A stretch of DNA of 64,000 nucleotides from Selaginella moellendorffii (taxonomy: Eukaryota; Plantae; Lycopodiophyta): assembly GCF_000143415.4 (NCBI RefSeq), contig NW_003314302.1, positions 830,736 through 894,735 on the forward strand. Reading direction: 5' to 3'. The position numbers were made by a program, and so were the translations under genes. The notes beneath the pieces were generated by a model. That model did no database searches. It was not told where the DNA came from and saw nothing but the letters and a program-made list of their open reading frames with translations. Positions within the stretch are counted from its first letter, which is position 1; each line of letters opens with the position of its first letter. Positions 49,020 through 60,700 of this stretch are shown here, piece by piece.

Positions 49020-50011
49020 TGTAAGCTCCTGAGTTTGGACTTCCCGGGAGGTCACCCAGCCCAGTACTATTCAAACCCAAGGACGCTTAACCCAAATATC
49101 TCAAGACCCTTAACCGATTGGAAAAGGGGGTGCACTCTTGCTCATGGGCCCTTTCCCTCTATATTTAAACCCCAATGGATCATCTTTCGAGTCGTTCCCT
49201 TTAGTTGTTTACAATCCACCACGCTTCCCTGCAAGTTCATGCCCTCGTGAACGGAAGCTGAGTGCCGCAGCTCTCCTGAGAGCCCCGCTCTCTTGACACC
49301 CTACCCCTCGGGTCGAGCCCAACGGGAGCAAACTGGACCAGCCAGATGTCAATCAACATGTGGTGCGATTCCCCTAGCCAACCAACAGAGTCGGACCTGA
49401 GACCTCTCTAATACCAAATGTAAGCTCCTGAGTTTGGACTTCCCGGGAGGTCACCCAGCCCAGTACTATTCAAACCCAAGGACGCTTAACCCAAATATCC
49501 CAAGACCCTTAACCGATTGGAAAAGGGGGTGCACTCTTGTTCATGGGCCCTTTCCCTCTATATTTAAACCCCAATGGATCATCTTTCGAGTCGTTCCCTT
49601 TAGTTGTTTACAATCCACCACGCTTCCCTGCAAGTTCACGCCCTCGTGAACGGAAGCTGAGTGCCGCAGCTCTCCCGAGAGCCCGGCTCTCTTGACACCC
49701 TACCCCTCGGGTCGAGCCCAGCGGGAGCAAACTGGACCAGCCAGATGTCAATCAACATGTGGTGCGATTCCCCTAGCCAACCAACAGAGTCGGACCCGAG
49801 ACCTCTCTAATACCAAATGTAAGCTCCTGAGTTTGGACTTCCCGGGAGGTCACCCAGCCCAGTACTATTCAAACCCAAGGACGCTTAACCCAAATATCCC
49901 AAGACCCTTAACCGATTGGAAAAGGGGGTGCACTCTTGTTCATGGGCCCTTTCCCTCTATATTTGAACCCCAATGGATCGTCTTTCGAGTCGTTCCCTTT
50001 GGTTGCTTACA
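49020..50011 (-). mobile_element. Cassandra TRIM tandem array (3 LTRs, 2 internal domains), TSD CTCGA
   Basis: 194-bp LTRs at 49020, 49419 and 49818 (399-bp period), each carrying a 5S rRNA A-box to C-box segment. CTCGA at 49015 and 50012. Host gag reads KEKLE|ACFGETD once it is removed. Confidence 0.93.
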
Positions 50012-51187
50012 CTCGAAGCATGTTTTGGCGAGACGGATCGGGTTCGGGCTGCTACCACAAAGATGAGACGTCTCTCCCAGGGGTCTCGTTCTGCCTCAAT
50101 CTACGCTGCAGAGTTCCAACTCCTTACCTTGGACACTCAGTGGGATGAGCGGGCCCTAATTGACCAATTTCGTTTTGGCCTCAACAACGGTGTCAAAGAT
50201 TTGTTGCTCACCATGGAGGTGTAAGGGACTAAATTTTCCATTTGACTTTAGTCACTTAACCACACCTCTGACCACTTGGAGGAGTCTCATTGACAACCTC
50301 CATAAGTCCAACTCAGGACTTGGGGCTTGCTAGCCCCGAGAATGGCATCCATGCCACTCAACCTTAGCACTTGGTCCAAGTGCTCCACGTGTCCGATCCC
50401 ATGATCGACACCCCAAGGTATCACCGACGTACCGGCCCGTTACGCTAAGGCCATGCCCATTTACCTTGGTCACACTGGTGGTCCAACACCACTTGCATCA
50501 CCGTCTTGGCCCTCCAAGACTAGGCAAACCATCCGTGAGTGGTCATCTCAGATCCACTCCTTGGCATCCTTAGGATGCCCACCGACAAGGGGAATAGCCT
50601 TCCCCAATATCTCTCTGTCAATCCCCACTAAGTCCCTTTCTGCCCCTGGCCGTGTTTGCCAACACTGCCACTGGATCAAGACCCACAGGCCCGACCACTA
50701 AGTCCCACGGTCCTCTGGGACTTCCTCACCACACGACTGTGTCCTTGGTCACTACCCCAGAGGACTGCTCCTCTTCCTTTCCACAGTCTGGGCCTTTGGG
50801 ACGACATTTCGGAACACCGTGGCCTTACACGAGCCACCTGGGTACTCTCTTCGCCTTCTGCCCTTGGGTGCTCTAGCCATGGGCTTAGAGCGGGTTCTGT
50901 TGAGCTGAGGTATCCAAGTAGGTAGTGCCACCCACACTTGGACTAGGAGCATCGGCCAGTCGATCTCTCGGGGGAACTAGAGCCGGCTTTTGAACACTTC
51001 ACCAAGCTACCCCGCTTGTCGGTCTGTGTTCACTCTAGTCTTGGACTTCCCAGTGGGCAGCTCATCACCCAACACTGGGTCTGGCCTTCCTGGGCCAAAC
51101 TGGCCTTTCCTGGCCAAACTGGCCTTTCCTGGCCAAACTGGCTCCACTGCAGTCCTCCCCCTACTATACTTTTGGAGCTCACCAAAC

Positions 51188-51381
51188 TGTAAGCAACCAA
51201 AGGGAATGACTTGAGAGACGATCCATGGGGTTCAAATATAGAGGGAAAGGGCCCATGAACAAGAGTGCACCCCCTTTTCCAATCGGTTAAGGGTCTTGGG
51301 ATATTTGGAGTTAAGTGTCCTTGGGTTTGAATAGTACTGGGCTGGGTGACCTCCCGGGAAGTCCAAACTCAGGAGTTTAAA
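51188..51381 (+). repeat. Cassandra LTR (5S-derived)
   Basis: Contains AGTTAAGTGTCCTTGGG...GGGTGACCTCCCGGGAAGTCC, preceded by CAAAC. Confidence 0.9.
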
Positions 51382-54300
51382 CTTGGTATCGAAGCTGTTC
51401 CTTAGTCCGACTTTTATTGGTGCTCAAGTATATTACCACTAGTGTTGGCATCGGAAGGTCCGAGGAGTGGGCCTATCCTTGAGGAGTAGCAAGTTGGGAA
51501 GACATGGCTCTCCATTACAGTTCATGTGTGAACTTGTAGACGAGGTGGTGGATAGAAAAGGGCCAATAATGGAACGACTTTGGGATCTTGGGAACAGTGC
51601 AAGGTTTTCCTCATTGAGTTGAGGATGTGATCCGGATGAGCATTTGTCTCAGCAAATTGGCTAAGGTTGTTGTGGTAAACAACTAAAGTTGGGATCACGG
51701 GAAAGATAGAGACTCCAAAACAATAAAGGAGTCACAAGATTATCCTCATATAGTTGAGGTTGGTGCTCATGAATGTGAGACCAAAGGTAATGACTGTGGA
51801 AGGTCAAATACGGAAGAGGACTCAAGTCCTTGAAATGGTAGCCGGGGCTACCTTTAATAAATGCTAGAACAACCCAAGGAGTTGGGGGGTGTACTTAGAG
51901 ATGAGTGGTATTCTCATCACATAGACAAGTAGTCCTAAGGGGCAAAAGTTGCCCCCAGAGAATAAAATCAAGTGTCGGAGTAACACTTGTGAAAATAGTC
52001 CTTTTGAGTAGGACAGGAATGCAAGAAGTGTATTCCAGTGAGCTAGTGCCTCACAAGTGGGACCTTACGGGTCTGTGGATTAACCAAGTCCAAAACTGCT
52101 AGATGACTCAAGTAGAGTCAAGGGATGGTCCTAAAAGGACTGATGGAAGCATTTGGACTGAGGTGTGTTGTACCCCACAAAGGATGGGGGGGGGATCATA
52201 GGATCCAAGGATGAGAACAGAGGGTATCTCATCGATGGCAAAATGTGCCATGCTAAAGTTATGGGAAAGGTGTTCCCAGAAGAAAACAACTTTGACAGAA
52301 AGTTGTGTGTGACCTCTATGGTGCAGTGCTAACGGATGGTTGGCATGAGAAAGGGCAGTGTTGGTCTTGGCAAAGACTTAGACACGAAGGGAAAGTGTTA
52401 TAGAGGGAGGCTCGTGGAGCCGATGGTGTGGAGACACCAAATGTGCCAAGGTGTGATACCTTGAGGCTATGTTGGTGGGTTCATGAGAACCCCTTGCCAA
52501 AGGAATCCCAATGGAAATGGGAATGGCATAGCCTAAGCTGCAGAGCATGCAGTTGGAGTGCGGTGACCCAGATAATGATGGAGGTGTGCAAGCACCAAGC
52601 AATGAGTTGTAGGACTTGACAACTATGAGGCAACTAAGCAAGAGGTGCAAAATAACTGGTTAAACGGGTAGAAGGTAGCTACCCAAGACTTCTAGTATAG
52701 GGAAGTCGGATATACCCTTACGGGGGATAAGTTGCTTATGTTGCGATATAGTAAGTCAATGTCATAAAAGGAAATACTCATTGTCAAGAAAGCCATCATT
52801 GGGACACCCGAACACTTTAGAACACCAGAAGGTGGTGTTTGATGTCGCGAGGGCAATGGATAAAGCCCAAGGGACTAGCGAATGATGGATAGAAGGTGCT
52901 ATCCAAATGTCCAAGGTTGCGGAGACAGGAGAGGACTGTCTACCCAAGTTGGACAAAACCAAAAATGGAATTTTGGCAAGGCTAGTGATGGGCATGTAAA
53001 GGCCCATAAGCAACAATGTAATCCCAGTGTGTGGGATTATAAGGTGAGCATACCCGGATTGAGGAACCACTCCCTGGGCTATTGGGTAGGTTCATCCCTA
53101 AGGATACTTGCTAAGGCATGATAGAAAGTGCAAAGCTATCCTCCTGGTCTGGAGGAGAATGACTGAAGGAAAGGTGTGAAGCCAAAGGCAAGTAGTATTG
53201 GGATGGAACTGAACCATAGAAATCAAAAGACATATCCAACAATGGTTATGAAAGTTGGGAGTGGAGAATCAAGAGGGTGCTCGAGGATGTTGTTGCTAGC
53301 AACCGTGATGCCAGGGAGAGTCTAAAATATGGAATTGTCCATGTTAGACTATATGGCAACTATAAAGCTTGCGAAAGGGGAGGCCTTAGCAAGCTGAGGG
53401 ACAGAGTTCCTTCAAGGTTCCCAAAGACGATTCTAGGTAGCGTAGTACCTAGAAAGGCCAAGTGTAAATGGTTCATGGAACGCGCGAAATCAGAGTGGCG
53501 CAGCAGAAGCGTGGTCTTGAAGCTTGCCATGAGGCAAGGTTATCAAGGTTAGGGAAGTAGTTCCCGAGTGTTCAAAGAGAGGGCTTTGAACGAAAGTCGA
53601 TGGTCAAGGACTTTCACGCTTATGCAGGAACCATGTTACAATGGTCGGAGGACTTGCCAAGTGAGATTGGCACGTCGGGGGAACAAAGACCCTAGTTGAA
53701 GGTGATAACTTCAAAAAGGGTGGGCCATGGGGCCGAGCATGGAGGAGTCCATGCATGATCACAGACATGTCAAGTGAGAGGACTTGGCAGTGTGGAGGAA
53801 CTAGGTTCCTAAGCTGTGATCTGTAGCGCGCTTTAAAAATAAGTTGGTGCACCGGCGTGGGGAGTCACGCCAGGCATCTTGTGTGATGCCGTCCGTAGAT
53901 GCATATACGGAGGTTGGGTTCGAGTCCCGACCCTCTAGTGCTTGGGTTCGAGTCCCAAATCACTAGGGCGTGGTGATGGTTTGGAATATGAGGACACTCA
54001 TATTTCGGTTGTCATGGACTCTCAGTGGGGAGACTGGTTTGGGCACACCGCCAAGCGAGGGATGCCTCGGAGTCGTGATGCACGGTTAGATTGCTTAGTG
54101 TGAAAGCTCGGCATATCTAACTTGAACGCTTTGGTGCAAGTGGCACCAAGGTCGTGGTGAGTGAGATGGGGACACCTAATCTCAGTTGCTATGAACCCTT
54201 GGCCGTAAGGGCTAGCTTGGGTGCACCGCCAAGTGTGGGGGATGCCCCCGGGGTTATAGTCAACAACTTGGAGGTCTAGAAGACCAAGTACCTCTTGGCA

Positions 54301-55751
54301 ACTCTGTTAAGGTGCCAAGGTGAGATCACTAGGTGATCTTGTGGCCAGATAAGGACAAGGTCCTTGGTTGGCTAAGGAATGAAGTTCCTGGTTCAAAATG
54401 TTGAAATTAAACTATTTAAGATGGTGTGGCTTGGTTGTGATGACCAAGTGGGAAGAGCACCTAAGGGAAATAAACTATGTCCGTGAGATGGCATAGTGAG
54501 TCCGAGGAAAGTAGTCTCTATAAAAGACCCATGGGAGGGTCACGAAGTTGGGCCATGGATAGAGCCCATAGCAGAAGATGCTAAAGAGACGTACTAGGGG
54601 TGAACATCCTCCGGACTTGGCAAAAAAGAGTCTTTGCTATGGAACCGAAAGGATACCTCAAAAATGGAGGTAGCGATCCGATGTTGCTGGGTGCAACAAT
54701 CAAGGATAGGAGCAAAGGACTAGTGGCCAAGTTTGGGCCATGGAATTTAATGGAAGGGACCCAAATGGCAAAGTTAGCCAAGGAACACTAATGTGTTTGA
54801 TGCTAACGGCTTGTGGGAAAGGAAGTGGACTTCCAAGGATGGATTCTTAAGTGCTCCAATTTGGCGAAGTAAAAGCTCCAAGTGAGGGAGCGGTAAGGTA
54901 GCCAAATGATAGGGCCATGGACAGCCCTAGCACAAAGTATGATAAATGGAACTTAGTGCCCAAGGTGGCACGAAATAGAAGAGAGGATGAGGGTGCCCTC
55001 AAGTAATGAACTTCCTAGGATAGGGAAGTGGAGTCGCACAATCTGTGCAATGCAAGGTGTTGGAGACACCTAGGAAATTGACTTCCAAAAATCAAAAGAG
55101 TAAAAGTTCCAAGGTGCAAACATTCAATAGATGGAAATTGAGACTACTCAAGAAGGAGTAGTGGGATTGACTTAGAGAAGGGTCTCTAAGAGGTTTAGCG
55201 AGAACTAAACCAATAAAAGGAGAGAACCACTACATGTGGTCCAATCAGTCTCTAAGTTGGGGAGACTACCTTCCTTAGAGGATAGGCAAGGCATGGTGAG
55301 CCTTTGGTGTCAAACTATTGAGGCATATGCAAAAGGCATGGTGAGCCTTCAATGTCAAACCATTGACGAATATTGGCTAGGTGCCAAGGATGGAAATGGT
55401 AACACATGCGAGTGTTACTTTACAAAATGGTTTACCGTTCGATGAGGACATCGAACTTCGTCTATGGGTGGTGGAGTTGTGAGACACAAAATCCCTAGGC
55501 CCCAAAGTGGAGCCGGAAAGGGTGCCACGTGGTAGTGGCTGAAGCGAGAGCCAAACGAGCGTAACACTTTTGGACCAAAAGCTCCGACTTGAAAAGTCAA
55601 GAGCGGGAGTGGAACTCCCAAAGAAGTGCTCGAGGAACGAGCACGAAGCGAGCAAAAAGCGAGGCTCCAAAAAAGGACCCAAAAGGACCAACACATGACA
55701 CGTGGAAGTGTCCGAGATGGACTCGAGTTGGAGTCCGAAGTGGAGTCCGAG

Positions 55752-56012
55752 ATCAACATGTGGTGCGATTCCCCTAGCCAACCAACAGAGTCGGACCCGA
55801 GACCTCTCTGATACCAAATGTAAGCTCCTGAGTTTGGACTTCCCGGGAGGTCACCCAGCCCAGTACTATTCAAACCCAAGGACGCTTAACTCCAAATATC
55901 CCAAGACCCTTAACCGATTGGAAAAGGGGGTGCACTCTTGTTCATGGGCCCTTTCCCTCTATATTTGAACCCCATGGATCGTCTCTCAAGTCGTTTCCTT
56001 TGGTTGCTTATA
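55752..56012 (-). repeat. Cassandra LTR + PBS + partial internal domain
   Basis: LTR 55819-56012, PBS complement tgatacca at 55809. Confidence 0.9.
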
Positions 56013-56965
56013 GTTTGGTGAGCTCCAAAAGTATAGTAGGGGGAGGACTACAGTGGAGCCAGTTTGGCCAGGAAAGGCCAGTTTGGCCCAGGAAGGCCAG
56101 ACCCAGTGTTGGGTGATGAGCTGCCCACTGGGAAGTCCAAGACTAGAGTGAACACAGACCGACAAGCGGGGTAGCTTGGTGAAGTGTTCAAAAGCCGGCT
56201 CTAGTTCCTCCGGGAGATCGACTGGCCGATGCTCCTAGTCCAAGTGTGGGTGGCACTACCTACTTGGATATTTGGTGTGGCTCAACGGAACCCGCTCTAA
56301 GCCCATGGCTAGAGCACCCAAGGGCAGAAGGCGAGGAGAGTACCCAGGTGGCTCGCGTAAGGCTACGGTGTTCCGAAATGTCGTCCCAAAGGCCCAGACT
56401 GTGGAAAGGAAGAGGAGCAGTCCTCTGGGGTAGTGACCAAGGACACAGTCGTGTGGTGAGGAAGTCCCAGAGGACCGTGGGACTTAGTGGTCGGGCCTGT
56501 GGGTCTCGATCCAGTGGCAGTGTTGGCAAACACGGCCAAGGGCAGAAAGGGACTTAGTGGGGACTGACAGAGGGATATTGGGGAAGGCTATTCCCCTTGT
56601 CGGTGGGCATCCTAAGGATGCCAAGGAGTGGATCTGAGATGACCACTCACGGATGGTTTGCCTAGTCTTGGAGGGCCAAGACGGTGATGCAAGTGGTGTT
56701 GGACCACCAGTGTGACCAAGGTAAATGGGCATGGCCTTAGCGTAACGGGCCGGTACGTCGGTGATACCTTGGGGTGTCGATCATGGGATCGGACACGTGG
56801 AGCACTTGGACCAAGTGCTAAGGTTGAGTGGCATGGATGCCATTCTCGGGGCTAGCAAGCCCCAAGTCCTGAGTTGGACTTATGGAGGTTGTCAATGAGA
56901 CTCCTCCAAGTGGTCAGAGGTGTGGTTAAGTGACTAAAGTCAAATGGAAAATTTAGTCCCTTACA

Positions 56966-57365
56966 ACTTGGTATCGGAGCAGTCTCGGGTCCGACTCTAT
57001 TGGTTGGCTAAGGGAATCACACCACATGTTGATTGACATCTGGCTGGTCCAGTTTGCTCCTACTGGGCTCGACCCGAGGGGTAGGGTGTCAAGAGAGCGG
57101 GGTTCTCGGGAGAGCTGCGGCTCTCAACTTCCGTTCACGAGGGCGTGAACTTGCAGGGAAGCGTGGTGGATTGTAAACAACCAAAGGGAACGACTTGAGA
57201 GACGATCCATGGGGTTCAAATATAGAGGGAAAGGGCCCATGAACAAGAGTGCACCCCCTTTTCCAATCGGTTAAGGGTCTTGGGATATTTGGAGTTAAGC
57301 GTCCTTGGGTTTGAATAGTACTGGGCTGGGTGACCTCCCGGGAAGTCCAAACTCAGGAGTTTACA
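56966..57365 (+). repeat. Cassandra PBS + internal domain + PPT + LTR
   Basis: TGGTATCGGAGC at 56969, PPT gggaagcgtggtgga, LTR 57172-57365 followed by CAAAC. Confidence 0.9.
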
Positions 57366-57737
57366 CAAACCCCCAGGGTCTGGGAGACGAACGCTTTGGG
57401 CTTTCACCCTCTCAGACTCGGACTCGAGCTCGGACCCGGTCCCGGTCCCGGTCCCGGTCTCGGTCTTGACTTCGGACTCCATCTCGAATCCATCTCGGAC
57501 ACTTCCACGTGTCATGTGTTGGTCCTTTTGGGTCCCTTTTTGGAGCCTCGCTTTTTGCTCGCTTCGTGCTCGTTCCTCGAGCACTTCTTTGGGAGTTCCA
57601 CTCCCGCTCTTGACTTTTCAAGTCGGAGCTTTTGGTCCAAACGTGTTATGCTCGTTTGGCTCTCGCTTCAGCCACTACCACGTGGCACCCTTTCCGGCTC
57701 CACTTTGGGGCCTAGGGATTTTGTGTCTCACAGGAGG

Positions 57738-60700
57738 ATCCCAAAGACTTGTTGGATGCCATCAACAAAGCTGTTCGATGTGACAATCGTCTCTTTGAGC
57801 ATCGTCAGGAAAGTCGCCGTGCCGCTGTTTTTCTGTCCCAGACTTAGGAATCCCAGCTTGAGTCTTTGGGGCACACTCCTGAACCTACTGCTCCGGTCCC
57901 GATGGATATTTCTGGTACTCCCCGACTCATCAAAGGGAAGTTGAGTCATGCTGAGAAGCAATGTCGAATATCTCATAATCTTTGCCTCTACTATGCTGAT
58001 CCTAATCACAAAGCAGCTATGTGTCCCAAGAAGCCTCCCCGACTACTCGAGTTCACTCTGCCTCAAAATCCACCTTTGTTGCAATTGGGAAACGACCATG
58101 TCCAAACAGAGTAGGAGCTGTCTGTTTGGACTCCCCAAATAAAAATCACTTTTCTTCTTTATCAAGCTCCTCACCACCTTTCATCAAAGCCACCACCAAT
58201 ACCCGCAACTTCCGCGTCCCATGTCTCCTTTCTTTCACCGGACAATCAGGACTCAAGGTTTTGGCGCTACTGGACTCGGGTGCAACTTCCTGCTTCATGG
58301 ACATGGACTTTGCTGCCCGACATCATGTTCCTCTTTCTTCTACCATACGGGATCTGAGGGTTGAAGGCATCGGCGGGCATTTTGTGTCTCCATCTTCTAG
58401 ACTTAGGGAAATGTTGCCTGTTCGAGTACACATCGGGTCCACCGTCACCGATATCACCTTCAACATCATCAACAGCAAGTCCTCCTTTATGGTGCTTGGT
58501 CTTCCTTGGTTTCAACTACATCAGCCTCAGATCTGTTGGAAGGAATTACAACTCATCTCTCCCACATCACCATCTCCCACGACTTCCCCTATTGTTCATC
58601 GAGTCCAAATCAGGAAAAGTTTCCTAAACTCAAATCGGGGTTCTGTTCTTGACTCTACGAAGTTTTCACCCTCTTCTTGTTCCTCTCTTCCATCTTACAC
58701 TAGATAGTATCCTCGTCTCATCATTCCATTTAGTCGTACGCCTCCTCCTATCTCCACAATCACTATGAAAGAACTCCTTTATGAAGAACTTATTTTCCTT
58801 TTTGCTTTGCATGTTTCTCCTGTCAGTCTTCTTGAGAAGTATCATGATTTTGAGGATGTGTTTGATAAGAAAAAAGCTAGTGTACTGCCTTTTCATCAGC
58901 CTTATGACTGTCCTATTGATTTATAGGAAGGAGCATCACCTCCGTGGGGGCCTATCTACGGGTTATCCCCATCTGAGCTTAAGGCCCTCAAAGAGTACGT
59001 GGATGAGAACCTTGCCTCGGGGTACATTCAGCATTCACAGTCCCTGGCTGGAGCGCCTGTCTTCTTTGTCAAGAAGAAGGATGGGAGTTTGCGGCTAGTC
59101 ATTGACTACTAAGGTTTGAACAAGGTGACTGTTCGGAACCGTTATCCGCTGCCCCTGATCTCGGACCTGTTGGAATGCCTCGGTGGTGCCCGCTTCTTCA
59201 CCAAGATTGACCTTTGTGGAGCATACAACTTGGTCCGGATCCGGCCTGGTGATGAATGGAAGACTGCATTCTGAACCCGCTATGGCCACTTCGAGTACAC
59301 TGTCATGCCATTTGGCTTGACAAATGCTCCAGCAGTTTTCCAACACATGGCGAATGACGTCTTTTGGGAGTTTCTTGATTAGATGGTGATCGTCTACCTC
59401 GATAACATCCTTATCTACTCAAAAACTCAGGAGGAGCACGACGAACATGTACGCAAGGTGCTGGCGAAGTTGCGAGAACACGGCCTATACGCGAAGCTTG
59501 AGAAATGTTCCTTTGATCAGCAGTCTGTGGAGTTCCTTGGGTACATTGTCACTCTTGAGGGTATCATGATGGATCCTGCCAAAGTCAAGACTATTCTCAA
59601 ATGGGAGCCTCCACAATTAATGTCGGACGTTCAGGTTTTCCTTGGCTTCGCCAACTTCTACCGCAAATTCATTGATCACTACTCTGACATTGTCCTTCCT
59701 CTCACGCATCTCACTCGCAAAGATGTTCCCTTCTCTTGGTTTGCTGCTGCCCAGCAGGCCTTCGACACACTCAAGGCGGCCTTTAGTTCTACTCCCGTCT
59801 TGATCCACGCTAATCCCTCACAACCTTTCTTCATCGAGGCTGACACCTCCGACTTTGCCATCAGTGCTGTGCTGTCTCAACTCGGAGCGGATCACGAACT
59901 TCATCCGATCTCTTTCCATTCTCGGAAATTCCAGCCTGCGAAGATCAATTACAAAATCCATGACAAGGAGCTCCTTGCCATCGTGGATTCCTTTGATGCT
60001 TTATTTCGTTAAAGTGGGACTTATTCAGTAAAGTGGGACATTAATTAGCATGTGTCCACATGCCATTTCCTAGTACTTAATTAATATTTATTAATATTTC
60101 TATCAGTTTTTTAATTTATTTTTTTATATTTCACAATATTATAACACAAAATCATATGAAAAGTTTTTAATTTATAAATTATAAAGCTAAAACTTCAATT
60201 TTTTATTGTTGTTATAAAAATGGCATGTGGCCACACACCATAAGTGGGATAATGAAAAGTTCCACTTTAACGAAATAAAGCATTTTGGAGAGTGGCACCG
60301 TTTCTTGGAGGGGGCGGGCCATCAAACAACAGTCTAGACGGATCACAAAAATCTCGAGTACTTTGCCACTTCCCGAGTTTTGAGCCATTGTCAAGCAAGG
60401 TGGGCACAATTCCTGAGTCGGTTTGACTTTGTTATCAAGTACAGACTTGGAAAGTTTCAAGGCCTTCGTGATGCTCTTTCAAGGCGCTCCTATCTTAGTC
60501 TCAGGCCTGGTAATCCTGCCTTCGATCAACAGGATCAAGTTATCCTTGGTCATGATCGGCTTCAAGTTATGGCAATTTCCCTGGCCCCTTAGGACTCCTC
60601 CTTGATGGATGTGATCAGAAACGATCTTCAATCCGATGACCTCGCCAGCGACATTTTCCCCCATCTTCAGGCTGGACACTCAGTGACTCCCGACTGCCGG

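Larger units (their letters stand above)
50220..57732. mobile_element. Rearranged non-coding LTR element 'B' (LARD-like) carrying Cassandra in its LTRs, TSD GGAGG
   Basis: TG...CA ends with GGAGG at 50215 and 57733. Host gag reads LLTME|DPKDLL once it is removed. Inverted repeats 50220-51381 / 55819-56965 and 55478-55750 / 57470-57732. Confidence 0.88.

Noticed and set aside
49035-50066. Repeated 71-124 aa ORFs, and apparent 5S rRNA genes
   Set aside because: The ORFs are incidental translations of Cassandra LTRs. Only ~55 nt of 5S-like sequence is present, so these are not rRNA genes.
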